Shown here: piece by piece, positions 1-9,782 of the stretch | Layout of the letters: every line of letters starts with the position of its first letter | Position numbering within the stretch: the stretch's first letter is position 1 | NCBI GenBank assembly: GCA_046538235.1 | Contig: JBKHJG010000003.1 | Coordinates: 41,722-105,721 of the forward strand | DNA: 64,000 nt | Reading direction: 5' to 3' | Source of the DNA: Dehalococcoidia bacterium | GTDB lineage: Bacteria > Chloroflexota > Dehalococcoidia > GIF9 > AB-539-J10 | Program-made: the position numbers and the translations under genes | Notes under the pieces: generated by a model | What the model was told of the DNA's origin: nothing | Databases searched by the model: none | What the model saw: only the letters and a program-made list of their open reading frames with translations

Positions 1-141
1 GTCCCAGGTTTCGGATGGTAGCGGTAGCTTCGGCAGTATCCCCGGGAGCCAGAGTTAATGTCTGCGGCGCTACAATGACCTCGATCTTGTTCGACATCAT
101 CAATCTCCTGGAGCCAGTTCTGCCATACGTAAGGTTGCGGA

Positions 142-1350
142 TTAGCGCCCGGCACCAGCAGCCGTCCGGGCATAGGCGAGAACATTGGCCCCCATTTCAA
201 TGGCGTTGCGGATGATCTCCCGGGACAGAGGATGGCTCCGGTGCCCTCCCTGCCAGGCACATCCATAGTCGCTGCCGCTGTACACCATATTGCCGCCTTC
301 CAGGAGCATGCCGGCCTCGGCTCCCTGAGGAACCTCGCCGAAAACATGGACTGAAGAAAGAAGTGGATGGCCACGCTGAACTATCTCGAGCTTGCGCTTA
401 AGCTGGCCGGCCAGCTGGTTGAAGGCCAGGCCAAACTCCCTGGCTCCCCTGGACTCGCTCTCTCCTTCCGAGCAGCCTTCCCCCAAAATGACTCCCCCCG
501 CCTGCAGGAAGGCAAGGAGTGCTGCCTGCTCGTCCGCGCTCAACTCAAAGCGGCCATTGCCCGTCAGATACAGCATGGTACAGCGCATAACGCCCTTGTC
601 CAGACTGATGTTCTTCTCCAGCCTGGCCGTCACGTCGGCCCTCTGGTTTATCTCCTTACCCAGGTTGCCCAATCCCTCGCCATGCAGGTCCTTATCGGCC
701 TCTCCCAGCACGGCGTGGCCTAAAACGACGGTCTCTTTGGGAGCGCCGACCCGCTCCGGCGCTGCAGCTCTGGCTTCCGGCGGGGCAACCGGTCGGACGG
801 CAGCCGTTGCCGCGCTGACCTCCTGTCGGAAGGAAAGGTTGATCTCATTCTTCCCCGGCTTGGAGGCAGTCCTGGCATCCTTGATCGCTTCCTCCGCAGG
901 GTCGAAATCGATGCGGGCCAGCTCCAGATGGGGCTCGCCGGGCGGTTTCTCCCTCTCCTGAATCCGGTAGGCCTCCAGTATCCGGGTGGGCTGACCTCCT
1001 TCCGGAGGCTGATATGGCTCGGAAGGTACTTCTCGAAACTGAATAATGAGATACACCACGCCCTTGGCACGGGTCTGGATGCGATAGTGTTGCGTCTTGG
1101 GAACGATGACGATATTGCCCTCCGGGTCGATTGCCATACCTGGCTGAATATTCACTGACAGGTCGGGCGGGTTATTGGCAGTAACCTGCAGTCCTTCCAC
1201 AATGCCCGTCTTATGAAGAGCCAGCACATGGAGTCTCTGCTGGTCGCGATGATAGTTGTGGGCGTCCTGCCACGTGTCGGCGTCTATCACCAGCCCCTGG
1301 AACGGATTCACGCGTTTCAATCGGAATCTTACGATATCTTCCAGTGCCAT
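142..1350 (-). CDS. DUF4159-like protein (class I glutamine-amidotransferase-like C-terminal domain)
   Basis: 402-aa ORF. The C-terminal half (MLYLTGNGRFELSADEQAALLAFLQAGGVILGEGC) resembles DUF4159, recalled from memory. It is co-directional with downstream genes. Confidence 0.5.
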   Translation of the reverse strand: MALEDIVRFRLKRVNPFQGLVIDADTWQDAHNYHRDQQRLHVLALHKTGIVEGLQVTANNPPDLSVNIQPGMAIDPEGNIVIVPKTQHYRIQTRAKGVVYLIIQFREVPSEPYQPPEGGQPTRILEAYRIQEREKPPGEPHLELARIDFDPAEEAIKDARTASKPGKNEINLSFRQEVSAATAAVRPVAPPEARAAAPERVGAPKETVVLGHAVLGEADKDLHGEGLGNLGKEINQRADVTARLEKNISLDKGVMRCTMLYLTGNGRFELSADEQAALLAFLQAGGVILGEGCSEGESESRGAREFGLAFNQLAGQLKRKLEIVQRGHPLLSSVHVFGEVPQGAEAGMLLEGGNMVYSGSDYGCAWQGGHRSHPLSREIIRNAIEMGANVLAYARTAAGAGR

Positions 1351-1757
1351 CGCTATCCTGCTGTCTCCCGGCCGTCCACTCCCGGGCGTGAGCTACAGAT
1401 GACGGGGGAAAGCTCTAGACCGTCCACGGGTTCACCGTCTCGAAAGAAGGCCTGCGAATGAGGCTTGTGGCCATTCTGACGCCGGACAGCGCCATCCATC
1501 TCCTGCACACGGACCACTTGCCCATTCCCATATAGACATACAGTGACCACAGTCAGCTACACCTTCCGCCATCGATCCCCCGGGCAAACGCCTGAAGGCA
1601 GGAGTCAGCCATACGACAGGCCATCTGAGAGCAACTGCTAGGGAAATGGTATCTTGCTTTGCCACCCCTGTCAAGAGGCGGGAAACCTAGCATCACCGAT
1701 TCATTGCGCGCATCAGGCCGCTATGTTGCAGCATTCTCTTCAGAAGGGGGCGCCCCT

Positions 1758-2564
1758 CTATTCCCGCCACAGTTCGCCCGTAGCCTCCGCTATGCAGACG
1801 ACGGGGTCCACCACAAGCTCTCTGACGAGAGCCCGCAGAAAGCAACTGCCTGCTATGAAGTCGGCCACCGGAGGGCTAACCTGGTAGTACAGGGCGACAA
1901 ATAGCGAGCCCGTCCGGCTGGGCATCAGCACCACATCCCGAAACTCCCGCAACACGTCGATCTGTTGTGCAGCCGGAGTCCCGTAAGCTGCAGTGGCGAT
2001 GAAGCATCCAAACGGGAATTCCTCAGGCAATGGGATTGGGAACGGGAAGGGGAAAGGGAATGGGTACTGAGGCGTAGTTGATCCGTCGTCGCCTGGCGGT
2101 GTGTCATCTCCATTAGTCGGAGGTTCCTCCTCATCAGGCGGCGGCTCCTCTTCATCGGGCGGCGGCTCCTCCTCGTCAGGCGGCGGCTCCTCTCCGTTGG
2201 ATGGGGCCGGCGCGGTCAGATTGAGTTCAGTAGTCCAGCCATCATGGAAGGCAAATTCCTGGTCCGCTTTCTGCCCATCAACGTAGAAATGTACAGTGGT
2301 ATCCTCGGCAATCTCCCCCTGCACTACCAGACCATATAGTCCAAGACTGGTAACCGTGCAGTTACCGGATTCGGTCCCAGCAACTCGAGCACTGACCACG
2401 GTGCCTGCCTCGGCTGCCACACCATCGACCTTCACCGTGCCATAGAAGGCATGCCCCAGGCCGGGGGCCTGAGCAAGAACAGAGCCGACATAAGAGAACG
2501 TCAGCAGCAGGACCAGGAAAGCAGACCCGGCAACCCTTGACCGCCTCAGTAGACTCTCAATCAT
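1758..2564 (-). CDS. secreted acidic-repeat protein with conserved C-terminal FGCFIATAAYG domain
   Basis: Internal start at MIES (ORF residue 36) gives a signal peptide (LVLLLTFSYVGSVLAQA). It carries (PPPDEEE)x3.5 and PFPFPF linkers. The C-terminal 80 aa is about 70 percent identical to the C-terminus of the adjacent 2714..4618 product. Confidence 0.7.
   Translation of the reverse strand: MIESLLRRSRVAGSAFLVLLLTFSYVGSVLAQAPGLGHAFYGTVKVDGVAAEAGTVVSARVAGTESGNCTVTSLGLYGLVVQGEIAEDTTVHFYVDGQKADQEFAFHDGWTTELNLTAPAPSNGEEPPPDEEEPPPDEEEPPPDEEEPPTNGDDTPPGDDGSTTPQYPFPFPFPFPIPLPEEFPFGCFIATAAYGTPAAQQIDVLREFRDVVLMPSRTGSLFVALYYQVSPPVADFIAGSCFLRALVRELVVDPVVCIAEATGELWRE
2124..2196 (-). repeat. 21-bp tandem repeat (about 3.5 copies) encoding PPPDEEE heptads
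   Basis: Near-perfect tandem copies of ctcctc(c/t)tc(a/g)tc(a/g)ggcggcgg are visible on the plus strand, inside the CDS. Confidence 0.8.
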
Positions 2565-2713
2565 GTTCTGTTCTTTGAACCCGGCGCAACCTACCGGTGA
2601 CAGGCCCTTTTTAGAGCAGTTCCCTGCGCTGTGCTGATACTCAGCCCGGCCGGTCCGCCCCCGAACCACCCCTCACACTCTGGCTCCAGGAACCACGCCG
2701 CAATCAAGCAATC

Positions 2714-4618
2714 TTACCGCCGCCACAGATCGCCCGTGACCTCAACCGTCCACACAATGGGGTCAATCAGTACTTCCCTGACCAGACTCCTGACAAAACC
2801 GCTTCCTGCTATGACTTCCGCTATCGGCGGACTGGTCCGATAGTAGAGTGCAACAAGCCATGATCCCAGGCGGCTCTGCATCAATACCGCGTCCCGAAAC
2901 TCTCTCAGCACGTCGATCTGCTGCGCGGCTGGAGTGCCGTAGGCTGCGGTGGCGATGAAGCACCCGAAGGCAGAAAGATCAAAACCGAGGCCTGCACCGG
3001 GCTGGGTGGCCGTGGTGAATTGACCGATTGCACCTTCCATCACCGTGTCATCATACTTGAGCTGGGCCTTGAATTCATAGTCGGTCTGCGGCGCCAGTCC
3101 CGTCAGCGGGTAGGTATACGTGCCGTCTGACGTCTTGGACGCCCAGGGAGTATGAAACCAGGCTGGGTCGGTGGGTCTCTTGACCGCAAAACGTACTTCC
3201 ACCGAGCTATAGCTGCCCGTAGTGAAGGTCATGTTCAGGTCGGCTGAGTAAGTGGTGATGCCGCTGGCAGCCGCCGTAGTCACCGTGGGCGCGCCTTCCA
3301 GCACCTCAAAATTGGCGATCACCGTTATAGACTGGGCGGGCATGGTAAAGGTGGTCTCCTCTGCTGTGGCATCATCGAATGTGACGGCCGGCGGCGCCGT
3401 CCAGTTGACAAACTGGTAGCCGGCTGCGGGCACTGCCTCGATACTGACTGTCGCGCCCTCCGGATAGGCACCCTTGCCATCCACATCCACTGCCCGTCCA
3501 CCCTCCGCAGGGTCCCTGGCCATGGACAATGCGTAGACCGCCTGGAAGTTAGCGGTGACGGTCACAGCCTGGGCCGGCATAGTGAAGGTGGTCTCCTCTG
3601 CGGCAGCATCCCCGAACGTGACCGCCGGTGATGCCATCCAGTCTACAAACTGGTAGCCGGCTGCGGGCACTGCCTTGATACTGACTGTGGCACCCTCTGC
3701 GTAAGCACCCTTGCCGTCCACATCAAGGGCATCTCCACCGCCCGCAGGGTCTTCCGCCATGGTCAACCCGTACGCCACTGCAAAACTGGCGGTGACAGTC
3801 ACGTTGGCTGCCGGCATAACGAAGGTGGTCTCTTCATCCGTTGTGCTATCGAAGGTCACTTCCGGGACTGCCGTCCATTCGACAAATCCATAGCCGGTGG
3901 CGGGCGCAGCCCTTATCATGACGGTTGCGCCTGCTGCATAACTACCCCTCCCATCGACATCGACCGCCTCTCCGGTGCCAGCAGGGTCCTCCGCCATGGT
4001 GAGTTCGTAGGTCAGCGCAAAGTTGGCGGTCACGGTTACGTCTTCAGCCGGCATGGTGAAGGTGGTGTTCTCTGCCGTCGCATTCCCGAAGGTGCCGGCC
4101 GGTGCCGTCCAGTTAACAAATCCGTAGCCTGAGGCGGGGACCGCCTTTATCTCGACTACGGTACCCTCTTCATAAGGTGACGTACCGGTCTCGTCAGTGG
4201 CATTCCCGCCGGACACAGGGTCCTGCGCCATGGTCAGGCCGTACTTCGGGACAGCGGGTCCTGTCACGGTCAGGTCCAGTTCGGTCGTCCAGCCATCATG
4301 GTACTCGAAGGTCTGGTCCGCCTCTTCACCGTCGACATAGAAATATATGGTGGCTTCTTCCTCGATATCCCCCTGCACCAGCAGGCCGTAGGATCCGGCA
4401 GTAGTAATGGTAGTGCTGCCGTATGTCGTTCCTCCAACCCTGGCAACGATCACCGTTCCGGCAGGAGCGTCCTCGCCGGCCAGCGTCACCGTGCCGAAGA
4501 AGCCATGACCCAGGCCCACGGCCAGGACAGGGGTAACAACTGAGAAAACCAGCAGCAGGACCAGGAAGCCGAAGGTGACGTACCTCAATTTCCTCAAGCT
4601 CGCCTTGATCATCTTCAC
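2714..4618 (-). CDS. secreted protein with 4 tandem InlB B-repeat-like domains and C-terminal FGCFIATAAYG domain
   Basis: 634-aa ORF with a signal peptide (FLVLLLVFSVVTPVLA). The N-terminal domain is paralogous to that of 1758..2564. Four roughly 75-aa repeats carry the GY.FV.W...TVTANF signature. The C-terminal domain is shared with its neighbour. The first codon is GTG; an ATG lies 2 codons in. Confidence 0.75.
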   Translation of the reverse strand: MKMIKASLRKLRYVTFGFLVLLLVFSVVTPVLAVGLGHGFFGTVTLAGEDAPAGTVIVARVGGTTYGSTTITTAGSYGLLVQGDIEEEATIYFYVDGEEADQTFEYHDGWTTELDLTVTGPAVPKYGLTMAQDPVSGGNATDETGTSPYEEGTVVEIKAVPASGYGFVNWTAPAGTFGNATAENTTFTMPAEDVTVTANFALTYELTMAEDPAGTGEAVDVDGRGSYAAGATVMIRAAPATGYGFVEWTAVPEVTFDSTTDEETTFVMPAANVTVTASFAVAYGLTMAEDPAGGGDALDVDGKGAYAEGATVSIKAVPAAGYQFVDWMASPAVTFGDAAAEETTFTMPAQAVTVTANFQAVYALSMARDPAEGGRAVDVDGKGAYPEGATVSIEAVPAAGYQFVNWTAPPAVTFDDATAEETTFTMPAQSITVIANFEVLEGAPTVTTAAASGITTYSADLNMTFTTGSYSSVEVRFAVKRPTDPAWFHTPWASKTSDGTYTYPLTGLAPQTDYEFKAQLKYDDTVMEGAIGQFTTATQPGAGLGFDLSAFGCFIATAAYGTPAAQQIDVLREFRDAVLMQSRLGSWLVALYYRTSPPIAEVIAGSGFVRSLVREVLIDPIVWTVEVTGDLWRR

Positions 4619-4676
4619 CTTCTTTCGTCAAGCCCGGCCGGGGCAGGGCAGGCCCCACCCCGGTCCATAAGTCCCG

Positions 4677-7187
4677 CTACTGGTTCAGCTCCCAGGTCAT
4701 ATCGCTGGGCACCGGCGTGTAGGTGTACCCGAATATCACTCCTGTCCCGCTCATAGCCACCCAGTATGCCTCGCCAAGCTGCAGATCTGAAGTTGTAGCG
4801 CTGCTTGGCGGCACGCTCCAGGCCACGTCGTTGGGAGGCTTGGGACTCAGCACAACGCTATAGTCAACACCGGACAGTGCCGTGGCCACGCTCATCTTGC
4901 TCAGGCTGGATGTCCCGACAAGGTTCCAGCCAACCGCCAGGTCTCTCATGGGAGGCGCCGTTGTGCCGGTTGCGACCAGCACCGGCAAGCTGCCCTTGTC
5001 CCGGACCTGGATGAAGAACCCTTCGCCAGGGCCAATCTGGTAGTCAGTAATCAAGGTGTTGTTCAGTATTAGCGTTACCCATTGCTGGGTATCAGGATTG
5101 AAGCGCTGGGCCCTCAGAATGAACAGGTCGCTGGCCCCTGCCAGCGCCAGAAGCTCGCTCACCGAGTTGCCAGAGCTATCCAGTACTATGGGAGTTGAGA
5201 AGCTATTCCAGCCTCCCACGTAGCTGGTAACGCCACCAACAGTGACCGACGTCGCTTCATTGTCCAGCACCACCGAGCCCGCCAGGCAGGGAGCATCGGG
5301 CGCAAACTGCTCCTCAGGCTTGTACAGCCAGGGGCTGAAATCTGCGTTCCCGCTCACGGCGTTGATCTGGCCGCCGGGATTGCGGGTATCGTGGTGCGGC
5401 CCGATGGCATGCCCCCACCAGTTATACAGGGCATCCAGCTTGGCACTATCTGCGTTCTCCAGGCCCCAGTCGCTGTTGCCATCAATATTGTTATAGTTGA
5501 CCGTCACACCGCCTGCGGAGGAGGATACCAGGATGCCCGTGTCATTATCCTGCACTGTGTTTCGGCTGATGTTGATATTGGTTAAGGTCTGACCACCACC
5601 GCCTATGCGGATGCCATGGGCAAACCCCTTGCCCACCCCAGAACCTTTTACCGTGTTATCAACCAGCGTGACCGCATCCTGCGCCGCACCGGCATAGTCG
5701 CGCACCAGTATGCCCATGTAGCCGCCCGGGAGGCCCGGCGCGAGGTCGGTGATGATGCTGTTGCCACTGATATCTGTGTTGGAGCGCTCCGTCGTGATGG
5801 CACGAAGGACCTTGCCCGTGAACTCATTATCGGCTATGGTAACTGTACCTGTTCCTGTGTCACGATTGATGTATATCCCTTCGTAGCCTACGCTTCCCGC
5901 CCCCCGATGGGTGAAGCTATTATCATGTACGTTGAGACCGGAGACGTCAACGCCCGGCACAGCGTCTTTGTGATATGTCACAATTCCCTGCGATACATCA
6001 TCAAAAGCCACCGTGTCACCGGCATTGTTTACCTCAAAGGCATTATCGTAGATCTCGACATCCTGAGCACCGATGAGCATACCGGCGGCGAACAGGGTCC
6101 CCGATGGCTCGGGCCCCTGGATTGTGAACCCGTGGAGCTTGACGCCATCGGCCCGGACATCGATATTGGGATTGGTAGAAACCCCCCACTGACTCAAAGT
6201 CACACCTTTGATGGTGGTATCATCCTTGCCACTTATGGAAGTCAGGGTCAAACCCTGCTTATTGATCACCAGGTCCTCTTCATACAGGGCATCGTGGGCC
6301 AGCAGGGTGTAGTCTGTGCCGGCGCCACCGATGGCAGTCCCTATAGTACTGTACGTGGCTGTAAAGACGAGCGTGTCAACCGTGAATATAGTGTCCGAAG
6401 GAGTGTATTTCTGCCACACATCTACTTGCTTGGTGCCGGCAGCGTTGGCGGTAAAACTCCCGTTGGCAGTGCTATCGCCGGCCGGCGTCTGGGCCTTCAC
6501 CGAGAAGCTGCCCTCGTTCTTGACCTCTATCTTGACGTTAACCTCGCTGACCGAAATGAACCTGGTCTGCAGCACATCCGCCCCCGCCCCAAAATTGATG
6601 GTGGTCTCGGAGGCATTGGTATCGCTGTTACCCATGAAACTCGTACCCGCGATTACCACCCACATCGTGCCCCCAACGTTACCCTGGCCGGGGCTGACGC
6701 CGGTTATGGTGGGTAGCTCGCGTATGGCGTAGGCAGCAGAGTCCACAGGTGTGGTCTCCCTGCTGGTGTTGACCTTCAGCTTGTAGTCCCCCGTAGTTGT
6801 CGGATTCGTGATGTTGGCGCTGGGGATGAAGCCCACAGTTACCGTAGCTGGAGCTACAATCGTGACTGGCGTGATCAGGGTCACCGCCCTACCCGCAACC
6901 GAAACATCGCCGCTGGCAACGGCATTTCCGTTGACGGTTATATTGCCTGTGCCATAGGACGTGGGGACTCCCGTGTCGCTCGGGAAATCAATCGTGATGC
7001 TATGAGTCCCTGCCGTCAGGCTGGCAGTTACATCGAACACGACGGTATACTCGGCTACCGCACCGGCCAGCACCGGGTCAACCGTAACCTCGGCCTGGCC
7101 TACGGCTGCCTGTACCGGCGTGCCCGTTAGTAGCCCCATACTCAGCACGAGCGCCAGGGCAAGCAGAATACTGGTTATCTTGTTCAT
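4677..7187 (-). CDS. large secreted right-handed parallel beta-helix protein (NosD/pectate-lyase-like repeats)
   Basis: Start taken at MNKITS (ORF residue 24), preceded by AAGGAG, giving signal peptide LALALVLSMGLLTGTPVQA. It has multiple parallel beta-helix repeat motifs (DNEFTG, ISGNSI, NISRNTV, NYNNIDGNSDWGL) and an NWWG...GP...NPGG...SGNADFSPWL motif. Confidence 0.75.
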   Translation of the reverse strand: MNKITSILLALALVLSMGLLTGTPVQAAVGQAEVTVDPVLAGAVAEYTVVFDVTASLTAGTHSITIDFPSDTGVPTSYGTGNITVNGNAVASGDVSVAGRAVTLITPVTIVAPATVTVGFIPSANITNPTTTGDYKLKVNTSRETTPVDSAAYAIRELPTITGVSPGQGNVGGTMWVVIAGTSFMGNSDTNASETTINFGAGADVLQTRFISVSEVNVKIEVKNEGSFSVKAQTPAGDSTANGSFTANAAGTKQVDVWQKYTPSDTIFTVDTLVFTATYSTIGTAIGGAGTDYTLLAHDALYEEDLVINKQGLTLTSISGKDDTTIKGVTLSQWGVSTNPNIDVRADGVKLHGFTIQGPEPSGTLFAAGMLIGAQDVEIYDNAFEVNNAGDTVAFDDVSQGIVTYHKDAVPGVDVSGLNVHDNSFTHRGAGSVGYEGIYINRDTGTGTVTIADNEFTGKVLRAITTERSNTDISGNSIITDLAPGLPGGYMGILVRDYAGAAQDAVTLVDNTVKGSGVGKGFAHGIRIGGGGQTLTNINISRNTVQDNDTGILVSSSAGGVTVNYNNIDGNSDWGLENADSAKLDALYNWWGHAIGPHHDTRNPGGQINAVSGNADFSPWLYKPEEQFAPDAPCLAGSVVLDNEATSVTVGGVTSYVGGWNSFSTPIVLDSSGNSVSELLALAGASDLFILRAQRFNPDTQQWVTLILNNTLITDYQIGPGEGFFIQVRDKGSLPVLVATGTTAPPMRDLAVGWNLVGTSSLSKMSVATALSGVDYSVVLSPKPPNDVAWSVPPSSATTSDLQLGEAYWVAMSGTGVIFGYTYTPVPSDMTWELNQ

Positions 7188-7628
7188 CTTCTTCTCCTTT
7201 CGTCGGTTCCCGATCGGGTTATCGCCCCTCGACCAGGGGCATCCCGGCTTTTGCAAGGCGTGATTCTCCTCTCCATGTACTTCACCCCCTTAACCGTACC
7301 AAACTAAAGAAGCCATTCTTCACACGCCGCCGGCCGGGAGCCAAAACCCCAGGCGCAAAGCAGCTGGCGGCGCTTCGCACCTAGAACACAGTATAGCAGC
7401 GGAAATGGCGCTTGTCCAGCGTATCCTCACAGGTGGGGCTGTTTCGGCGGCAGTAGGTCGGTTCATTGGCTTAAGCCCTATAACTGTATAACGACGCTGC
7501 CTTCATTCTGTTACAGCCCCACTACTGCGACTGTGCCCAACAAGCCTGACAGGGGCCCGGTCAGGGGCGGCCTGGGAACCGCGGGCTTCCTCCGTTCGAC
7601 CTGACCCTTTCCCCGGTTCCTGAGTGCC

Positions 7629-8327
7629 TCAGACTCTGCCGAAGCGGCGCTGGCGCCTCCCGTACTCGGAGAGCGCTGCCTCAACATCGTCGCGGCCGAA
7701 ATCCGGCCACAACACCGGCGTGAAGTACAGCTCGCTGTAGGCAGCCTGCCACAGGAGAAAATTGCTGATCCGGGTCTCACCACCCGTACGTATCACCAGG
7801 TCGGGGTCCGGGATGTCGGGAAGGTATAGACGTCGCGCAAACGCAGATTCATCTATGTCGTCGGCTCTGGTACCGGCGGCAGCCATGCGCCTGGCAGCCT
7901 GCACGATCTCATCGCGTCCGCCATAATCGAAGGCCAGGCAAAGCGTCAGGCCGCTGTTGTCCTTTGTGAGTTCCACTGCGGCATTCACTTTCTTCCTCAA
8001 TCTCTGCGACATCCTGTCCTGCCTGCCCAGGTGTACCAATCGTATGTTGTCCTCGTGCAAACCCCGGGTCTCCTGGTCAATCTTCCTGCCGAGCAGCGCC
8101 AGCAACCCTGCCACCTCCGCTCTGGGCCGGTTCCAGTTCTCGGTGGAGAACGCATACAGGCTCAGATATTCCACTCCCCGATCGGCAAGGGCCCTCGCCA
8201 CCGGGCGGATGTTCTCACCGCCGGCCTTATGCCCCGCCAGCCGCGGCAAACCCCGCTTCTTCGCCCATCTGCCGTTGCCGTCCATGACGATGGCCACATG
8301 CCGCGGAATTTTGTCTGTACGTGTCAT
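7629..8327 (-). CDS. uppS: undecaprenyl-diphosphate synthase (di-trans,poly-cis isoprenyl transferase)
   Basis: HVAIVMDGNGRWAKKRGLPRLAGH...YLSLYAFSTENWNRP is a canonical UppS motif. Confidence 0.9.
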   Translation of the reverse strand: MTRTDKIPRHVAIVMDGNGRWAKKRGLPRLAGHKAGGENIRPVARALADRGVEYLSLYAFSTENWNRPRAEVAGLLALLGRKIDQETRGLHEDNIRLVHLGRQDRMSQRLRKKVNAAVELTKDNSGLTLCLAFDYGGRDEIVQAARRMAAAGTRADDIDESAFARRLYLPDIPDPDLVIRTGGETRISNFLLWQAAYSELYFTPVLWPDFGRDDVEAALSEYGRRQRRFGRV

Positions 8328-9526
8328 GCACGCGCCTCATGAGAAAGCAGCCGCTTGATCTTCAGCAGAGGATAGACGGAACCATGCCGCAGGAAGGAGA
8401 GAAGCGCCGTGCCGTGCCAGTCGAACGAGAAGTCGTCCGACTTGACCAGGGTCTCGGTCATGCCGTCGCTATCCAGCAGGCTGAATATGCTCTCCAGCTG
8501 GCGATCACTCAGCCTGGCAAAGGCCCGCCTGGCCCGATGGGCAGGGGAGAGTTCCTTGCCTATTCCTGCCTGCCATTCCTTCTGGTACTGCGAGAGGCGG
8601 TCGCTACTAAGATCATCGCTGGTCAGTGCCCTGTCCAGTACTCCGGCTGCTATGCGGGCACCCAGATGCCCGAAGTATATTCCTCCACCCGTGGTCGGCT
8701 TCACGTGCCCGGCAGCATCCCCAACAACCAGTGTCCTCTCCCCATAGCTACAAGCTGCGGTCCCTACAGGGACAAGCTTCTGCCTGATTCCTGTCATCTG
8801 CCCTGCTATTCTGCCCTCATTAAACAGCCGGTCAACGAACTTCTGCAAGTGGGATCTTGCCCGGCACGTTGCCAGCAGACCGGCATAGGCCTTATTTGCT
8901 GAGACCGGCACCAGCCAGGCGAATGAGCCGGGCGCTAACTTCCTGCCGAAGTGCACTTCAAGCCCATCCAGGTCCCTTGCTTCCACCTCGGTCTGAGCGC
9001 CGACCAGGAAACTCCCCCTCCTGCCCAGGCCCAGCTTTGCGGGCAGCTTTGAGCCGCACCCGCTCGCCAAGACCACTGCCCTGGCCTTGAATACTCCTCT
9101 CACCCCCATTCGCAGGGCTTCAACCTGTATGCCGTCCTCTCCCGGGACAACATCTATGACCCGGGTGGACGGGAAGTACTGCGCCCCGCGCGACTCAGCC
9201 CTCGAAGCTAATATCCTGTCCAGCAGAGGGCGGTCAACAACATAGGCCTGAAGCTTCTCGCTCTCTATCCTCAGGCTCCTCCCGGAGGGAGACACCAGCT
9301 TTGCCGAGTGGGTCCTCCTCAGTATCACCTCCTGGCCCGGGTCCAGCAACTCAAAACACTCGGCGCTGATTATTCCTGTGCAACAGATATCTGTTCCAGG
9401 GGCTGTCTTCTGTTCCAGAACGGCCACGCTATGGCCCGCCGCAGCCAGTTCATAGGCCACGTGGCTGCCGGCCGGTCCCGCCCCCACCACAATGACGTCA
9501 TAAATGCGGTCTGCCAACTCACTCAC
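8324..9526 (-). CDS. geranylgeranyl reductase-family FAD-dependent oxidoreductase
   Basis: It has an N-terminal YDVIVVGAGPAGS FAD fold and a GDAAGHVKPTTGGGIYFG motif typical of the GGR family. Its stop overlaps the uppS start by 4 nt. Confidence 0.75.
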   Translation of the reverse strand: MSELADRIYDVIVVGAGPAGSHVAYELAAAGHSVAVLEQKTAPGTDICCTGIISAECFELLDPGQEVILRRTHSAKLVSPSGRSLRIESEKLQAYVVDRPLLDRILASRAESRGAQYFPSTRVIDVVPGEDGIQVEALRMGVRGVFKARAVVLASGCGSKLPAKLGLGRRGSFLVGAQTEVEARDLDGLEVHFGRKLAPGSFAWLVPVSANKAYAGLLATCRARSHLQKFVDRLFNEGRIAGQMTGIRQKLVPVGTAACSYGERTLVVGDAAGHVKPTTGGGIYFGHLGARIAAGVLDRALTSDDLSSDRLSQYQKEWQAGIGKELSPAHRARRAFARLSDRQLESIFSLLDSDGMTETLVKSDDFSFDWHGTALLSFLRHGSVYPLLKIKRLLSHEARA

Positions 9527-9782
9527 GCCTCATGCGTTTCCCTGTCCAATTATATACCAGACCGTCCAGGCACAGCCATGGACACTCAATGGCTGGCACC
9601 ACCCTCGACGCGAGACCAACGTAGGGGAGGGTCTTGTACCCTCCCCGGATAAGTACTACGAGGCGGAGACGAGCCCCGCCACTCCTTTTCCTCTCCCTCG
9701 AGTGAGAGGATTTAGGTGAGGGTGATCGTACTCCGAACGGCTATCCTTCGCCACCGCCTGCCTCGTACCCCTCCTCTATTTC

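Noticed and set aside
15-215. 66-aa plus-strand ORF at the window start
   Set aside because: It overlaps the 3' end of 142..1350 on the opposite strand. It has no RBS and an implausible composition.
2101-2286. Plus-strand ORF encoding (GGSSSS)n
   Set aside because: It is the antisense reading of the PPPDEEE-encoding tandem repeat.
5616-6732. Plus-strand ORFs of 366 and 138 aa
   Set aside because: Antisense to the 4677..7187 beta-helix gene. The translations are low-complexity and Gly/Arg-rich, an artefact of high GC.
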